A model generated the notes under the pieces. It did not search any database. It worked only from the letters and a program-made list of their open reading frames with translations, and was not told the DNA's origin. 64,000 nt of DNA from an uncultured Roseivirgaceae bacterium (GTDB lineage Bacteria; Bacteroidota; Bacteroidia; Cytophagales; Cyclobacteriaceae), in NCBI GenBank assembly GCA_964538575.1, contig CAZIGG010000001.1, forward strand, positions 1,074 to 65,073. The letters are read 5' to 3'. The stretch's first letter is position 1. Each line of letters starts with the position of its first letter. Shown here piece by piece: positions 44,813 to 54,605 of this stretch. The position numbers and the translations under genes were made by a program.

Positions 44813-46924
44813 TCAGGAAAGTACCTGAAACACAACAAATGACGAAATATACGCAAGAGCCGACATGTAGATTAATTGGAGAATCGGCCATTTCCAGCCA
44901 TTCGTTTCACGGTAAACAATGGCCAGCGTGCTCATGCACTGCATGGCAAAGGTATAGAACACGAGCAGGGAAAAGGCAACGGGTGCGGTAAAGCGCGGCC
45001 CACCGGTTTCCGGGTTAATCTCTTCCCGCATTCTGTTTTTAATGGTGGTTTGGTCGCCATCGGTTCCGATGCTGTAAATCGTAGCCATTGTTCCGACAAA
45101 AACTTCACGGGCCGCGAATGAAGTGATTAAGGCTATTCCTATTTTCCAGTCAAAGCCCAGCGGTTTAATCACGGGTTCAACAGCCTTACCAATAATTCCC
45201 GCGTACGAGTGCTCAAGCTTATAAGCAGCAATGCGATTTTCTAATCCTTCTTCTGTGAGTCTCACGTCTGCCGATTCATTCAAAACATGTTCACGTGCAC
45301 GTTCCAGTTCGTCTCCCGGCCCATAGCTTGCCAATACCCAAAGTACAATGGAGATGGCTAAGATAACTTTGCCCGCTTCCAGTACAAAGGCTTTTGTTTT
45401 TTCAATAATCGTAAACCCCACGTTCGACCATTTTGGCCAGCGATAGGCGGGAAGTTCCATAAGCAGGTAGCTTCGTTCTTTTACCCGCACTAAATATTTC
45501 ATAACAAGCGCGGTTAGCATGGCCGCGGCAAACCCCAACAGGTACAATCCCATCAGGGCAAGGCCCTGCAGATTAAATGTGCCCAGTATGAGCGTATCCG
45601 GTACAACGAGCGCAATCAGAATTGTAAACACGGGTAACCGTGCAGAGCAACTCATCAACGGGGTTACAAAAATTGTAATGGTTCTTTCTTTCCAGTTATC
45701 AATCGTTCGGGCGGCCATGATTGCGGGTATGGCACACGCTACCCCCGACATAAGCGGCACCACGCTTTTTCCGTTCAATCCAAACTTGCGCATGATCTTG
45801 TCCATCAGAAAAACAACCCGCGACATGTAGCCTGACTCTTCCAGCATGGCAATGAATGCAAAAAGAATAGCAATCTGCGGAACAAAAATCACGATCCCTC
45901 CTATTCCGGGTATAATCCCTTCCGTTAACAACCGCGTAAGCACTCCCTCAGGAAGAGTGTCGCTCAGGTAATTGCTCAATGCTGCAAAAGTACCGTCAAT
46001 AAAATCCATGGGCACTGTGGCCCACGCAAAAATGGATTGAAAAATCAGGAAAAGGATCGCAAAGAAAATTGCGTAGCCCCAAACCTTATGCGTAAGGATA
46101 AAGTCAAGCGTTGAAGTATATTTTTTCCACGAGAGTTCAGCGGTTTGTAATGTAACACGGTCAAGCAAGGTTTGAATGAACGCGTACCGCTGAATTGTTT
46201 CCGCTCCCTGAAACTTTCCGGGAAAAAAATCATGCTGCCGGCTTACGTCTTCAATAAACAATTGATCGTTTTTACTCAGGAATTTTAGCGATCCGGGCTG
46301 TTGCAAAAACTGGTAAGCCTCGTAGTTGTTATCCAGCGAAAACTTTTCACGAACGGTTTTAACAGCGCCTTTAACATCATCATACACGGTGAAGATATTT
46401 TTTGCCGGGAGTTCAAGGGGTTTACTCAGCACCTTCTTCAGGTCATCCAGCCCCGTACCTTTTCGTGCATTGATAGGAATTACCGGAACGCCAAGTTCTC
46501 TGGATAACGCACTAAGATCGTAGCTGATGCCCGCCTTCGTAACCAGGTCCATCATGTTCAGGGCAAGCACGGTAGGCAATCCTAAATCAATGATCTGTGT
46601 TAGCAGGAGCAAGCTTCGCTTAAGATTAGTTGCATCCGCTGTGACTACTATCTTATCCGGGCAAAGCGGGGAGGCATGGTCCAGCAGAATCTCGGAAACA
46701 ATACGCTCATCCAGGCTGCGCGGATACAGGCTGTAAATTCCGGGAAGGTCAATGATCTCTGCGGTGGTTCCATCCGGCAGGGTTGAAAATCCTGACCGCT
46801 TCTCAACCGTTACCCCCGGGAAGTTTCCAATCTTTTGATTGAGCCCGGTAAGATGATTAAACATCGAGGACTTACCCGAGTTCGGGTTGCCGACCAATGC
46901 AATCTTCAACCGGGAATCTGACAT
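44813..46924 (-). CDS. feoB: ferrous iron transporter FeoB
   Basis: 703-aa ORF. G-domain GNPNSGKSS, DLPG, NMMD, followed by a polytopic membrane domain. Confidence 0.96.
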   Translation of the reverse strand: MSDSRLKIALVGNPNSGKSSMFNHLTGLNQKIGNFPGVTVEKRSGFSTLPDGTTAEIIDLPGIYSLYPRSLDERIVSEILLDHASPLCPDKIVVTADATNLKRSLLLLTQIIDLGLPTVLALNMMDLVTKAGISYDLSALSRELGVPVIPINARKGTGLDDLKKVLSKPLELPAKNIFTVYDDVKGAVKTVREKFSLDNNYEAYQFLQQPGSLKFLSKNDQLFIEDVSRQHDFFPGKFQGAETIQRYAFIQTLLDRVTLQTAELSWKKYTSTLDFILTHKVWGYAIFFAILFLIFQSIFAWATVPMDFIDGTFAALSNYLSDTLPEGVLTRLLTEGIIPGIGGIVIFVPQIAILFAFIAMLEESGYMSRVVFLMDKIMRKFGLNGKSVVPLMSGVACAIPAIMAARTIDNWKERTITIFVTPLMSCSARLPVFTILIALVVPDTLILGTFNLQGLALMGLYLLGFAAAMLTALVMKYLVRVKERSYLLMELPAYRWPKWSNVGFTIIEKTKAFVLEAGKVILAISIVLWVLASYGPGDELERAREHVLNESADVRLTEEGLENRIAAYKLEHSYAGIIGKAVEPVIKPLGFDWKIGIALITSFAAREVFVGTMATIYSIGTDGDQTTIKNRMREEINPETGGPRFTAPVAFSLLVFYTFAMQCMSTLAIVYRETNGWKWPILQLIYMSALAYISSFVVFQVLS

Positions 46925-47157
46925 TAATTAAGAATTGAAATCGTAGCAGCCTCTTCGAGGCGCAGGGAAAGTTCATAACCCAATACACTGATGCAAACGG
47001 GGTCGCCCAGCGGGGCTGAAAAATTGAATCGAATAGGCGCTCCCGGCAAACAGCCCATCTCCAGCAGCTTGACAGACAAAACCTCATCGGTGAAACCGGA
47101 AATAATCCCAACCTCGCCTGGCTTCATCTGTGATACATTTTTGACTGTTTCCCGCAC
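46924..47157 (-). CDS. feoA: ferrous iron transport protein FeoA
   Basis: 77-aa ORF with GTG start. SH3-like LLEMGCLPGAPI motif. Overlaps the feoB start by 1 nt. Confidence 0.85.
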   Translation of the reverse strand: MRETVKNVSQMKPGEVGIISGFTDEVLSVKLLEMGCLPGAPIRFNFSAPLGDPVCISVLGYELSLRLEEAATISILN

Positions 47158-47177
47158 TTATTTAGATTAATTTCAAA

Positions 47178-47185
47178 CAAAGATA
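47178..47185 (-). promoter_or_regulatory. -7 box TATCTTTG for feoAB
   Basis: Exact TAnnTTTG on the minus strand, 20 nt upstream of the feoA GTG. Confidence 0.5.
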
Positions 47186-47274
47186 TGTGCTAAGGGGCTG
47201 GAATGCAATGTTAGGAACCGTAGCTTTCGGTATGAAAAAGAAGGTTTCGAAAAAGGAAAAGATAAAAACGGCAG

Positions 47275-47304
47275 AAAAAAAACAGCCTCCGGAACCAGAG
47301 GCTG
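47275..47304 (-). terminator. rho-independent terminator of the S41 peptidase gene
   Basis: On the minus strand, a 7-bp stem CAGCCTC/GAGGCTG with an 8-nt loop is followed by T8. Lies 72 nt after the stop at 47376. Confidence 0.7.
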
Positions 47305-47375
47305 AAAAAGGTAATGCTTTCGATTTTGGCGGCTTGCCTGACCGGAACCTTAAAAAGAATCTGGGGTGTGGATAA

Positions 47376-48824
47376 CTATTCTACTAACGAAGATTTAACA
47401 AAACTCTTTAATCGTTCGTCATCGATAACCAGGTTATAGCTTCCGCGCTTGAAATCTGCGGATGTCCCCAATGATTCCAGTCCTCCTCTTCGCGCAGTTA
47501 TTCCTTTTCTTGAGCCGCTGCCGCCTGTGATGTGATCAATCGCCAGGCTTAACAGGATTTCATCTTCATCGCCAATCGGCATAAGGTCAAGACTGTTGTC
47601 GAGATTGATAATGTTCGGTGTAAATCCATCGCTATAATTCGATTCATTAGCGCTGTTGAATGATTTAACAACAATGGGCTGCATGCCCCACGTGTTTTTC
47701 GGATCACTGTCTTCATAAATGGAAATCGATCCTACATTCTTACCTACTGTCTCGTCACCTATGAGGAATACATCCATGTGCGGCTTCAGGCCGTTAATTA
47801 AAAGTTCGCTTGCGGATGCCGTGCGTGAGCTAGTCAATACATATACGCGGCTACTATTAAGTAGTGACCCCACGTTGCCTGTTTTTGTTATAAATTTTTT
47901 AATCAGAAAATCAGGTCCATAGTTAGGGTCATTAATTAAGGCCGACTGTAGTTCATTGTTATACTGTCTGCGGGTAAACGTAACGGTGTTATCAATGTTA
48001 TCCCCGATAAGGCTTGCCAGATTAATGGTTGCTGCTTCTGCGCCACCGCTGTTGTAGCGTAAATCAACTACCAGATCAGTAATGCCTGCACTTTTAAATT
48101 CGCTGAAGATCGCATCCATTTCAGTGATATATTGGTTGCTGGCTGCCGTTGGGCCCGTTGCAAAGAAATTATATACATAGTATCCTATTTTATGGCCATC
48201 GCCTGTATCGATAATCTTGCTCATAAAATTCGGGTTCTCGGCAAACACCGATGTATTGAGTGATAATGTGCCTTTATCAACCATGCCGGTACCGGTTGGC
48301 CTCGAATATTTAATCGTATGCGTCTCACCGATCTCACCCAGCAAGTCCCGATAGTTGGAGGTCGTCATGCGTTCACCGTTTATGTGTGTAATTACATCAC
48401 CCCGCATCAGATCCTTACCTTCTGTTTCAACCAGAGAACCTGCTTTAATGTACATCACCTGAGCGATAATATTCTCGCTGCCTTCACTTTCCAGGTACAA
48501 TTTAAACTCGTATCCCGCTTCTTTATTTACACCCTGCAATGAATTCAGCAATTCAATATAATTCTCCTGTATCCAGGAAAAGCGATCTTCTTCAGACAGA
48601 AGGGAGTTAAAGAATTTATCCGGGGTTTTTGACTTATTGGGAGAGGATGGCAGGTCAGTATTCCATAAATAGTATAACTCCATGTTGTCATAAATCCAGT
48701 TATTGACATATTTATTTCCTGCATCCGAATTATCATCATCGCTACACGCAGGGAAAGCAATCAACACTACAACAGCTATTCCTGCCAGGGCCTTTTTTAA
48801 ATTCATCATCACACCACTTTTCAT
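47376..48824 (-). CDS. S41-family (C-terminal processing-like) peptidase lipoprotein
   Basis: 482-aa ORF with lipobox FPAC and a PDZ-like middle region. DLRYNSGG, and TSSRTASASELLINGLK carrying the Ser/Lys dyad region. Confidence 0.75.
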   Translation of the reverse strand: MKSGVMMNLKKALAGIAVVVLIAFPACSDDDNSDAGNKYVNNWIYDNMELYYLWNTDLPSSPNKSKTPDKFFNSLLSEEDRFSWIQENYIELLNSLQGVNKEAGYEFKLYLESEGSENIIAQVMYIKAGSLVETEGKDLMRGDVITHINGERMTTSNYRDLLGEIGETHTIKYSRPTGTGMVDKGTLSLNTSVFAENPNFMSKIIDTGDGHKIGYYVYNFFATGPTAASNQYITEMDAIFSEFKSAGITDLVVDLRYNSGGAEAATINLASLIGDNIDNTVTFTRRQYNNELQSALINDPNYGPDFLIKKFITKTGNVGSLLNSSRVYVLTSSRTASASELLINGLKPHMDVFLIGDETVGKNVGSISIYEDSDPKNTWGMQPIVVKSFNSANESNYSDGFTPNIINLDNSLDLMPIGDEDEILLSLAIDHITGGSGSRKGITARRGGLESLGTSADFKRGSYNLVIDDERLKSFVKSSLVE

Positions 48825-48864
48825 CTCCTGTATTTTTATAGGTATACTTTACGTTCGTAATAAA

Positions 48865-51297
48865 CTAAATACTTTCAGTAACAAAAACTCTTTTTACACG
48901 CTCGCTGGTGTTGGTTAAGATTTCATAAGGAATTGTATCGATTTTAGCGGCCAGCTCATCCACACTCAATCCCGGCCCGAAAATAATTACCTCATCCCCT
49001 TCCCTTGCTTCAATGCCCGTTAAATCGATCATGGTCATATCCATGCAAACATTACCGACTACGGGTGCCCGCTTTCCATGCACAAGTACTTCTCCCGCTC
49101 CCCCGCTAAAAGCCCTGCTGTACCCATCCGCGTAGCCAATGGCAATGGTACCGATGCGCATCTCTTTTATGGCTTTTCCGCGTCTGCCGTAACCAATGGT
49201 TTCTCCAGCTTTTACGGTTTTAACCTGCGAAATTAAGGTTTTTAACGTGTTTACGGGCTTTAAAGCATGTTTCTCAGCTGTAGGATCAACTCCGTACAGG
49301 CCCACACCAAGCCTCACCATGTCAAACTGAAACTCGGGGAATCTTAAAATTCCGGGCGTGTTGAGTACGTGCAGCATGGGGGTATATCCAATAGCTTTAG
49401 AAATTAACGCTGAGGTCTGCTTAAACGACTTTACCTGGTTGCGCGAAAAGTCGTCAAGGGCGGCCTCATCCGATCCGGATAAATGCGTAAAAATTGAGGC
49501 TACCCGAACGCTGGGATTCGCCTGCAAGATCCGGATCAGCTCTGGCACATCGGATTCCTCAAAACCGAGACGATGCATGCCCGTATCAATCTTAATATGA
49601 ATATTCCACGCGCGGCCGTTTAGAAACACGATGAATGCATTTAGTATATTAACACTGTACAGTTCAGGCTCGAGGTTAAAACTGATCATCGCCTGAAAGC
49701 CTTCTTCCGCTGGGTTCATCACCATCACCGGTGTGTTAATGTTGTTCTTTCTCAATTCAACACCTTCATCGGCATAAGCGACACCCAGGTAATCCACTTT
49801 ATGATATTGTAACACATTAGCCACTTCAATACTGCCGCTTCCATACGCTAATGCTTTTACCATTACCATTACTTTCGTTGCAGGGCTAAGCTTTGATTTG
49901 AAATAATTAAGATTATGAACAAGCGCACTGAGATCAACCTCCATAACGGTACCATGAACCTTGCGCTGTAGTCGTTTTACGATTCGTTCAAATTCAAACA
50001 TTCTTGCTCCTTTGATCAGAATTATTTCATGGTTAAAAAAATCAGGGTTAAAGGCATTCAGAAATTCCCCGGTTGAATCATAAAAATGCGCATCGGTTTT
50101 GATTTTGCTTTTGTGTTTCGACAGAACCTTTCCGATTCCAATGAATTTAGTCACACCGCTACCATTAACCAGTTGCGCAACCTTATCGGTTAGCTGGTTT
50201 TCATCCATTCCGGATTGCAAAATGTCGGATAAGATTAGTGTCTTTTTATCCTTTTGATTTTGATTCACCAACAGCTCTAAACTGAGCTGTAAACCGCCCA
50301 AATCATTGTTATAGGCATCATCAATCAGCTGATTTTGGTTGATCCCCTCCTTCAGCTCAAGCCGCATCGGTACGGATCGGAGTGACTTGAGGTCTTGCGC
50401 AATGGAATCAATATCTGTACCCAGGTAAAGTAAAATTGTCAGGCAGTGAAGGGCATTTTCGACAGATGCCGGATCTGAAAAAGGAAGGGATATCTTAAAA
50501 TTTTGGTTTTTCCAGGCAACTAAAAAACCATCCTCGTTCTTCGCGATCTTTACGTCAGCAGTCGGGGAGAACCCCCAACTAAATAGCGGAATACCGGAAG
50601 CCTTTACATAACTAAACAGCTTACCATGATCAGCACAACAAATTAGTGTATCAGCGTGTTTGAATAATTTAATTTTCTCTTCAATCTTCTGCTCATCCGA
50701 CTTAAAACTTTCATCGTGCGCAGTGCCCAGTGTGGTAAAAACCCCCAGGGTTGGTTTAATGATTCGTTCAAGCTTTTCCATCTCACCCGGTTGCGAGATA
50801 CCCGCCTCAAAAATGCCCATCGTATGATAGGACTGTATCTGCCAAACGGATAACGGAACACCGGTTTGTGAATTATAGCTCCCCGGATTTTTTACAATTG
50901 TATGGTGTTTGGCGAGCAATTGATATAGCCATTCTTTAACAATCGTTTTCCCGTTGCTGCCGGTTATGCCAATAACCGGTATTGAAAATTTACCGCGGTG
51001 ATGCGCAGCAATTTTCTGCAATGCATCAACGGATGAGCTGACCCGGATGAAATTTGCTTCGGGATACGCATTGATGGGAATAGTATCTTCAACAATAAAT
51101 TGACGAACACCACTTTTATAAAGTGAATTGATATACGTGTGACCATCGCTATGCTTACCCTTCACCGCAAAAAAAACTGATCCCTCATTTACTATAGCCT
51201 TACGGCTATCCATAATAAGATCCTGCACGGGTCTGTCAACAAATAATTGCAACACCGTTCCGTGAGTAATGTCTTTCAGTTGGGAAAACAGCAGCAT
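48865..51297 (-). CDS. bifunctional UDP-MurNAc-pentapeptide synthetase (MurF) / alanine racemase
   Basis: The N-terminal half is Mur ligase (GITGSNGKT). The C-terminal half is alanine racemase (VKALAYGSG with the PLP Lys, GYADGY). The internal ATG at 51297 is preferred because the track start at 51336 would overlap the upstream gene by 38 nt. Confidence 0.85.
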   Translation of the reverse strand: MLLFSQLKDITHGTVLQLFVDRPVQDLIMDSRKAIVNEGSVFFAVKGKHSDGHTYINSLYKSGVRQFIVEDTIPINAYPEANFIRVSSSVDALQKIAAHHRGKFSIPVIGITGSNGKTIVKEWLYQLLAKHHTIVKNPGSYNSQTGVPLSVWQIQSYHTMGIFEAGISQPGEMEKLERIIKPTLGVFTTLGTAHDESFKSDEQKIEEKIKLFKHADTLICCADHGKLFSYVKASGIPLFSWGFSPTADVKIAKNEDGFLVAWKNQNFKISLPFSDPASVENALHCLTILLYLGTDIDSIAQDLKSLRSVPMRLELKEGINQNQLIDDAYNNDLGGLQLSLELLVNQNQKDKKTLILSDILQSGMDENQLTDKVAQLVNGSGVTKFIGIGKVLSKHKSKIKTDAHFYDSTGEFLNAFNPDFFNHEIILIKGARMFEFERIVKRLQRKVHGTVMEVDLSALVHNLNYFKSKLSPATKVMVMVKALAYGSGSIEVANVLQYHKVDYLGVAYADEGVELRKNNINTPVMVMNPAEEGFQAMISFNLEPELYSVNILNAFIVFLNGRAWNIHIKIDTGMHRLGFEESDVPELIRILQANPSVRVASIFTHLSGSDEAALDDFSRNQVKSFKQTSALISKAIGYTPMLHVLNTPGILRFPEFQFDMVRLGVGLYGVDPTAEKHALKPVNTLKTLISQVKTVKAGETIGYGRRGKAIKEMRIGTIAIGYADGYSRAFSGGAGEVLVHGKRAPVVGNVCMDMTMIDLTGIEAREGDEVIIFGPGLSVDELAAKIDTIPYEILTNTSERVKRVFVTESI

Positions 51298-51298
51298 A

Positions 51299-51631
51299 TC
51301 AAAAAAGGCGTGAACCGTTTGGAACTGATCTTTCAATGGAACTTAGTACAATCCGGTTCTCTTCATCCGGGAAACCTGTTACCAGGACTTCTGAAATAAA
51401 ATTGCCGATTTGTTTCGGTTCAAAATTTACAACGCATATTACCTGGCGTCCAATAAGATTTTCCGAATCATAAAGTGCCGCGATCTGGGCGCTCGACTTT
51501 TTTATCCCCAGGTCTCCCAAATCAATCCAAAGTTTAACAGCCGGTTTTTTGGCTTCCGTAAAAGTTTCGGCCTTGGTAATGGTGCCCGCCCGCAAGTCTA
51601 TTTTTGTGAAATCTGTCCAGGAAATAGTCAT
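51299..51631 (-). CDS. tRNA-binding domain protein (CsaA-like)
   Basis: 110-aa ORF. F.K.DLR.G.I..AE and KLWIDLGDLGIKKSSAQI are typical of CsaA/Trbp111. Confidence 0.8.
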   Translation of the reverse strand: MTISWTDFTKIDLRAGTITKAETFTEAKKPAVKLWIDLGDLGIKKSSAQIAALYDSENLIGRQVICVVNFEPKQIGNFISEVLVTGFPDEENRIVLSSIERSVPNGSRLF

Positions 51632-51741
51632 ATTTAGATAAATAAAGCAGAAAATATTACTTCAGGACTCAAATATGAGGCATTATGGCCTATCTTTAAT
51701 TCCCCAAACGAAATTCTGACCTTCTGTGTAACTATAATGGT

Positions 51742-51749
51742 TAATTTTG
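51742..51749 (+). promoter_or_regulatory. -7 box TAATTTTG
   Basis: Exact TAnnTTTG, 19 nt upstream of the ATG at 51769. Confidence 0.5.
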
Positions 51750-51768
51750 CGTTTGGCAATATTACCTG

Positions 51769-52149
51769 ATGAAACTTAAATCCAGTCATACCGCATTATT
51801 GACGGCAGTGTTTTTTACACTGGTGTTGCCCGCTAATGTGTTTGCCCAGGAAGATAAAATCAGTTTTGACGCTGAAATCCCTGCAAAAGAGATCACGAAG
51901 CAAGATCAGGAAACTCCTTCAGGCTCTGAAAATCCGGAAACCCGCATCAATAAGAACTCCACCCCAACAACTCAGGAACCTACAGTAATCCGGGATTCTG
52001 AACTGAAAAATGCTAAACCCGCTGTTAAAACAGTGGAAAAAGCCACAAAAGAGGACGAAAAAGTCCAAAAAAAGGAAGATGACCCGCTTTCCTTTAACTT
52101 CCTGTATTACATCATAGAAAAATTCAAGCTTTCTGACATAGTAGAATAA
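51769..52149 (+). CDS. small secreted low-complexity protein
   Basis: 126-aa ORF with signal peptide (..ANVFAQ), a Thr/Pro/Glu/Lys-rich middle and an ordered C-terminal LSFNFLYYIIEKFKLSDIVE. Confidence 0.5.
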   Translation: MKLKSSHTALLTAVFFTLVLPANVFAQEDKISFDAEIPAKEITKQDQETPSGSENPETRINKNSTPTTQEPTVIRDSELKNAKPAVKTVEKATKEDEKVQKKEDDPLSFNFLYYIIEKFKLSDIVE

Positions 52150-52188
52150 GCCAACATATTTCTGTTGCTGGTTTTTTAATTGAATTTA

Positions 52189-52196
52189 TATATTTG
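52189..52196 (+). promoter_or_regulatory. -7 box TATATTTG for the TonB-dependent receptor gene
   Basis: Exact TAnnTTTG, 16 nt upstream of the ATG at 52213. Embedded in the left arm of a 25-bp palindrome. Confidence 0.45.
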
Positions 52197-52214
52197 CAAC
52201 ATTGTTGCAAATAT
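52190..52214. promoter_or_regulatory. perfect 25-bp palindrome (candidate operator)
   Basis: ATATTTGCAAC-ATT-GTTGCAAATAT, with 11-nt perfect arms. Spans the -7 box, the expected transcription start and the first 2 nt of the ATG. Confidence 0.55.
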
Positions 52215-54585
52215 GGTGCGTGTTTTAATTGCTGTTCTTTTTCTAGTCTGTAGCGTGCCGGCCTTGTATGGACAGAACTGCAACCTGGTTCTCAGCGGTA
52301 TTGTTCAGGAAAAAGACGGTAACGTGCTGCCGGGTGCAACACTGCTTCTTTCCGATAAAACTACAGTCACTTCCGCAGATGGAAGATTTGAATTGCGTGG
52401 GCTTTGCCCCGGTCATGTTACGTTAACCGTCCGGTACATTGGTTACAACGAATCTCATGTTGAGATAAGTCTCATCGATAATAAGCAGCTTGTTGTTACC
52501 CTGATCCCTTCTGAAACTGCATTGGACGCTGTTGAGATCAGCGAAAACATAACACGTTCAGGCCTTACCAACGCAACCTATGGCTTGTCGAAAGAAGAGC
52601 TTGAACATTTCAGCGGAAAGTCGCTGGGTGAAGCGTTAAAACGTGTACCGGGTGTCAGCGCCCTGCAAACCGGCCCGGCAATTTTTAAACCTGTTATAGA
52701 CGGATTGCACAGTCAGCGCATTCTCATTCTTAACAATGGCATCCGGCAGGAAGGCCAGCAATGGGGTGTTGAGCATGCCCCGGAGATCGATCCGTTTATC
52801 GCATCGGAAATACGGGTTGTTAAAGGTTCGGAAGCTGTACGATACGGCTCTGATGCCATTGGCGGTGTGATAATTGTTGATACACCTCCCATGCACCAGG
52901 CGCAAAAGTTTGGCGGTGAATTAAACGCTGGAATTTTTTCCAACAACCGGATGGGTGTTTTCTCAGGCTTGCTGGAAGGCGGCTTCAAAAAATTTGAAAA
53001 CACCAGTTGGCGCATACAAAGCTCGGTTAAAAAGGGTGGTGATTATTCCGCGCCTGATTATGTGCTGTCCAATACGGGAGTTGAAGAATTAAATTTTTCA
53101 GGCGCCCTGGGATGGAAAGAGGATGATCGCGGAGCAGAAGTTTACTTCAGCAGCTTTAATACAGAAATTGGAATACTGCGTGCCGCGCATACCGGCAGTC
53201 TGGACGATCTCGACAGCGCTATTCGCAACGAGCGGCCTTTGTATATTGAAGACTTTACCTATGCTATTAACCCTCCGAGTCAAAAAATTAATCATCAGTT
53301 ACTGAAAGTAAGCGCCTTTAAAAAAATCTCCGGGGTTGGAACGCTGAACTTCTTATATGGCTGGCAATTAAATCAGCGTAAAGAATTTGACATCCGGAGA
53401 CAATCGCAAGAAGGTAAGCCTGCATTGTCTCTTAATTTATTCAGCAATGTGCTGGATGTTTTTCTTAATCATACGCTTGCCGGAATGGAGGGAAGCATTG
53501 GCGTTAATGGAACCTATAAAGACAATTCGAATGTGCCGGGTACAGATATTCGCCCGTTGATCCCGAATTATAAACAGTTCAACGGGGGGCTGTTCCTGAT
53601 CGAAAAATTCAGAAAGAACAAGTGGCTGCTGGAGGGCGGGGCAAGATTTGATTATCAATATTTGCAAGTACTCACATTCATCAATAACCAGGATCTCGTT
53701 AAGCCAGAATTCAACTTCCTCTACGTTTCCGGTTCACTCGGAGCTTCCTATTACATAAATGAGTTTGCGCGGATAACTTCTCATGCCGGGGTATCCATGC
53801 GGCCTCCTCATGTAAGTGAGCTGTACAGTGAAGGGCTTCATCACGGCACGGCTGCCATCGAGCGTGGATTGATGAACCAGGATGGGTTCCAAACCGATCA
53901 ATCGCTTATCCGAAATGAGGTTTCAACCAAATTCACCAACGGCTTCCAGCTTATCCGGAAAACATTTTCGCTCGAGATTTCGGCATACGTTAATCACATT
54001 TCAAACTATGTGTTTCTAAAACCGGTAAGCACAGCGTTAACCATTCGCGGATATTTCCCGGTATTTGATTACGCCCAGACGGAAGCGATTTTAACCGGGA
54101 TTGACGGACTTATACACTGGGATGTGAGCAAACACGTTGAATATGCGGGTACATTTGCGTACCTGTATGCAAAAGATGTCACCCACAATGATGTGCTTAC
54201 ATTTATTCCTCCCGCACAGATGGAGCATGCCGTAACCTGGCATCTGCTTACAAAAAGGAAGCGGGATTTTTTCTTTACGGTAAGCATGCCGGTTGCTTTT
54301 AAGCAAACCCGGGCGCCCATAACCGTTTACCCGGGTGATGTACACGAATATGAAGGCAGTAAGGTTTTTGATTTCGCACCCGCACCTGACGGCTATGTTT
54401 TGCTAAACACGGAGGCTGGAATCAAGTTCCCGTTAAAAGATCACACGCTTTCGGTTTCGCTGGGGGGCGAGAACTTACTCAATACTTCATACCGGGTGTA
54501 CATGAACCGGCTGCGTTATTTTGCCGATGAGCCCGGCACAAATTTTATGCTGCGCGTAAAATACAATTTCCACAGTGACGAATAA
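52213..54585 (+). CDS. TonB-dependent receptor with N-terminal carboxypeptidase-regulatory-like domain
   Basis: The ATG at 52213 gives the signal peptide MVRVLIAVLFLVCSVPALYGQ. CarbopepD_reg-like GIVQEKDGNVLPGATLLL, plug domain (RVPGV, VVKG..A.RYGSDAIGGVI), and a barrel ending in an aromatic-rich LRVKYNF. Confidence 0.9.
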   Translation: MVRVLIAVLFLVCSVPALYGQNCNLVLSGIVQEKDGNVLPGATLLLSDKTTVTSADGRFELRGLCPGHVTLTVRYIGYNESHVEISLIDNKQLVVTLIPSETALDAVEISENITRSGLTNATYGLSKEELEHFSGKSLGEALKRVPGVSALQTGPAIFKPVIDGLHSQRILILNNGIRQEGQQWGVEHAPEIDPFIASEIRVVKGSEAVRYGSDAIGGVIIVDTPPMHQAQKFGGELNAGIFSNNRMGVFSGLLEGGFKKFENTSWRIQSSVKKGGDYSAPDYVLSNTGVEELNFSGALGWKEDDRGAEVYFSSFNTEIGILRAAHTGSLDDLDSAIRNERPLYIEDFTYAINPPSQKINHQLLKVSAFKKISGVGTLNFLYGWQLNQRKEFDIRRQSQEGKPALSLNLFSNVLDVFLNHTLAGMEGSIGVNGTYKDNSNVPGTDIRPLIPNYKQFNGGLFLIEKFRKNKWLLEGGARFDYQYLQVLTFINNQDLVKPEFNFLYVSGSLGASYYINEFARITSHAGVSMRPPHVSELYSEGLHHGTAAIERGLMNQDGFQTDQSLIRNEVSTKFTNGFQLIRKTFSLEISAYVNHISNYVFLKPVSTALTIRGYFPVFDYAQTEAILTGIDGLIHWDVSKHVEYAGTFAYLYAKDVTHNDVLTFIPPAQMEHAVTWHLLTKRKRDFFFTVSMPVAFKQTRAPITVYPGDVHEYEGSKVFDFAPAPDGYVLLNTEAGIKFPLKDHTLSVSLGGENLLNTSYRVYMNRLRYFADEPGTNFMLRVKYNFHSDE

Positions 54586-54605
54586 GACCGTACTTTTAAC
54601 TGAAC

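Noticed and set aside
47187-47375. 62-aa Lys-rich ORF on the plus strand (MKKKVSKKEKIKTAEKKQPPEPEAEKG...) between feoA and the S41 peptidase gene.
   Set aside because: Its Lys-rich part comes from A-runs that form the T-tract of the minus-strand terminator. The PPEPEAE segment is the terminator stem (CAGCCTC/GAGGCTG, 47283-47304). There is no properly spaced promoter box. The region is better explained as the S41 terminator plus the feoAB promoter.
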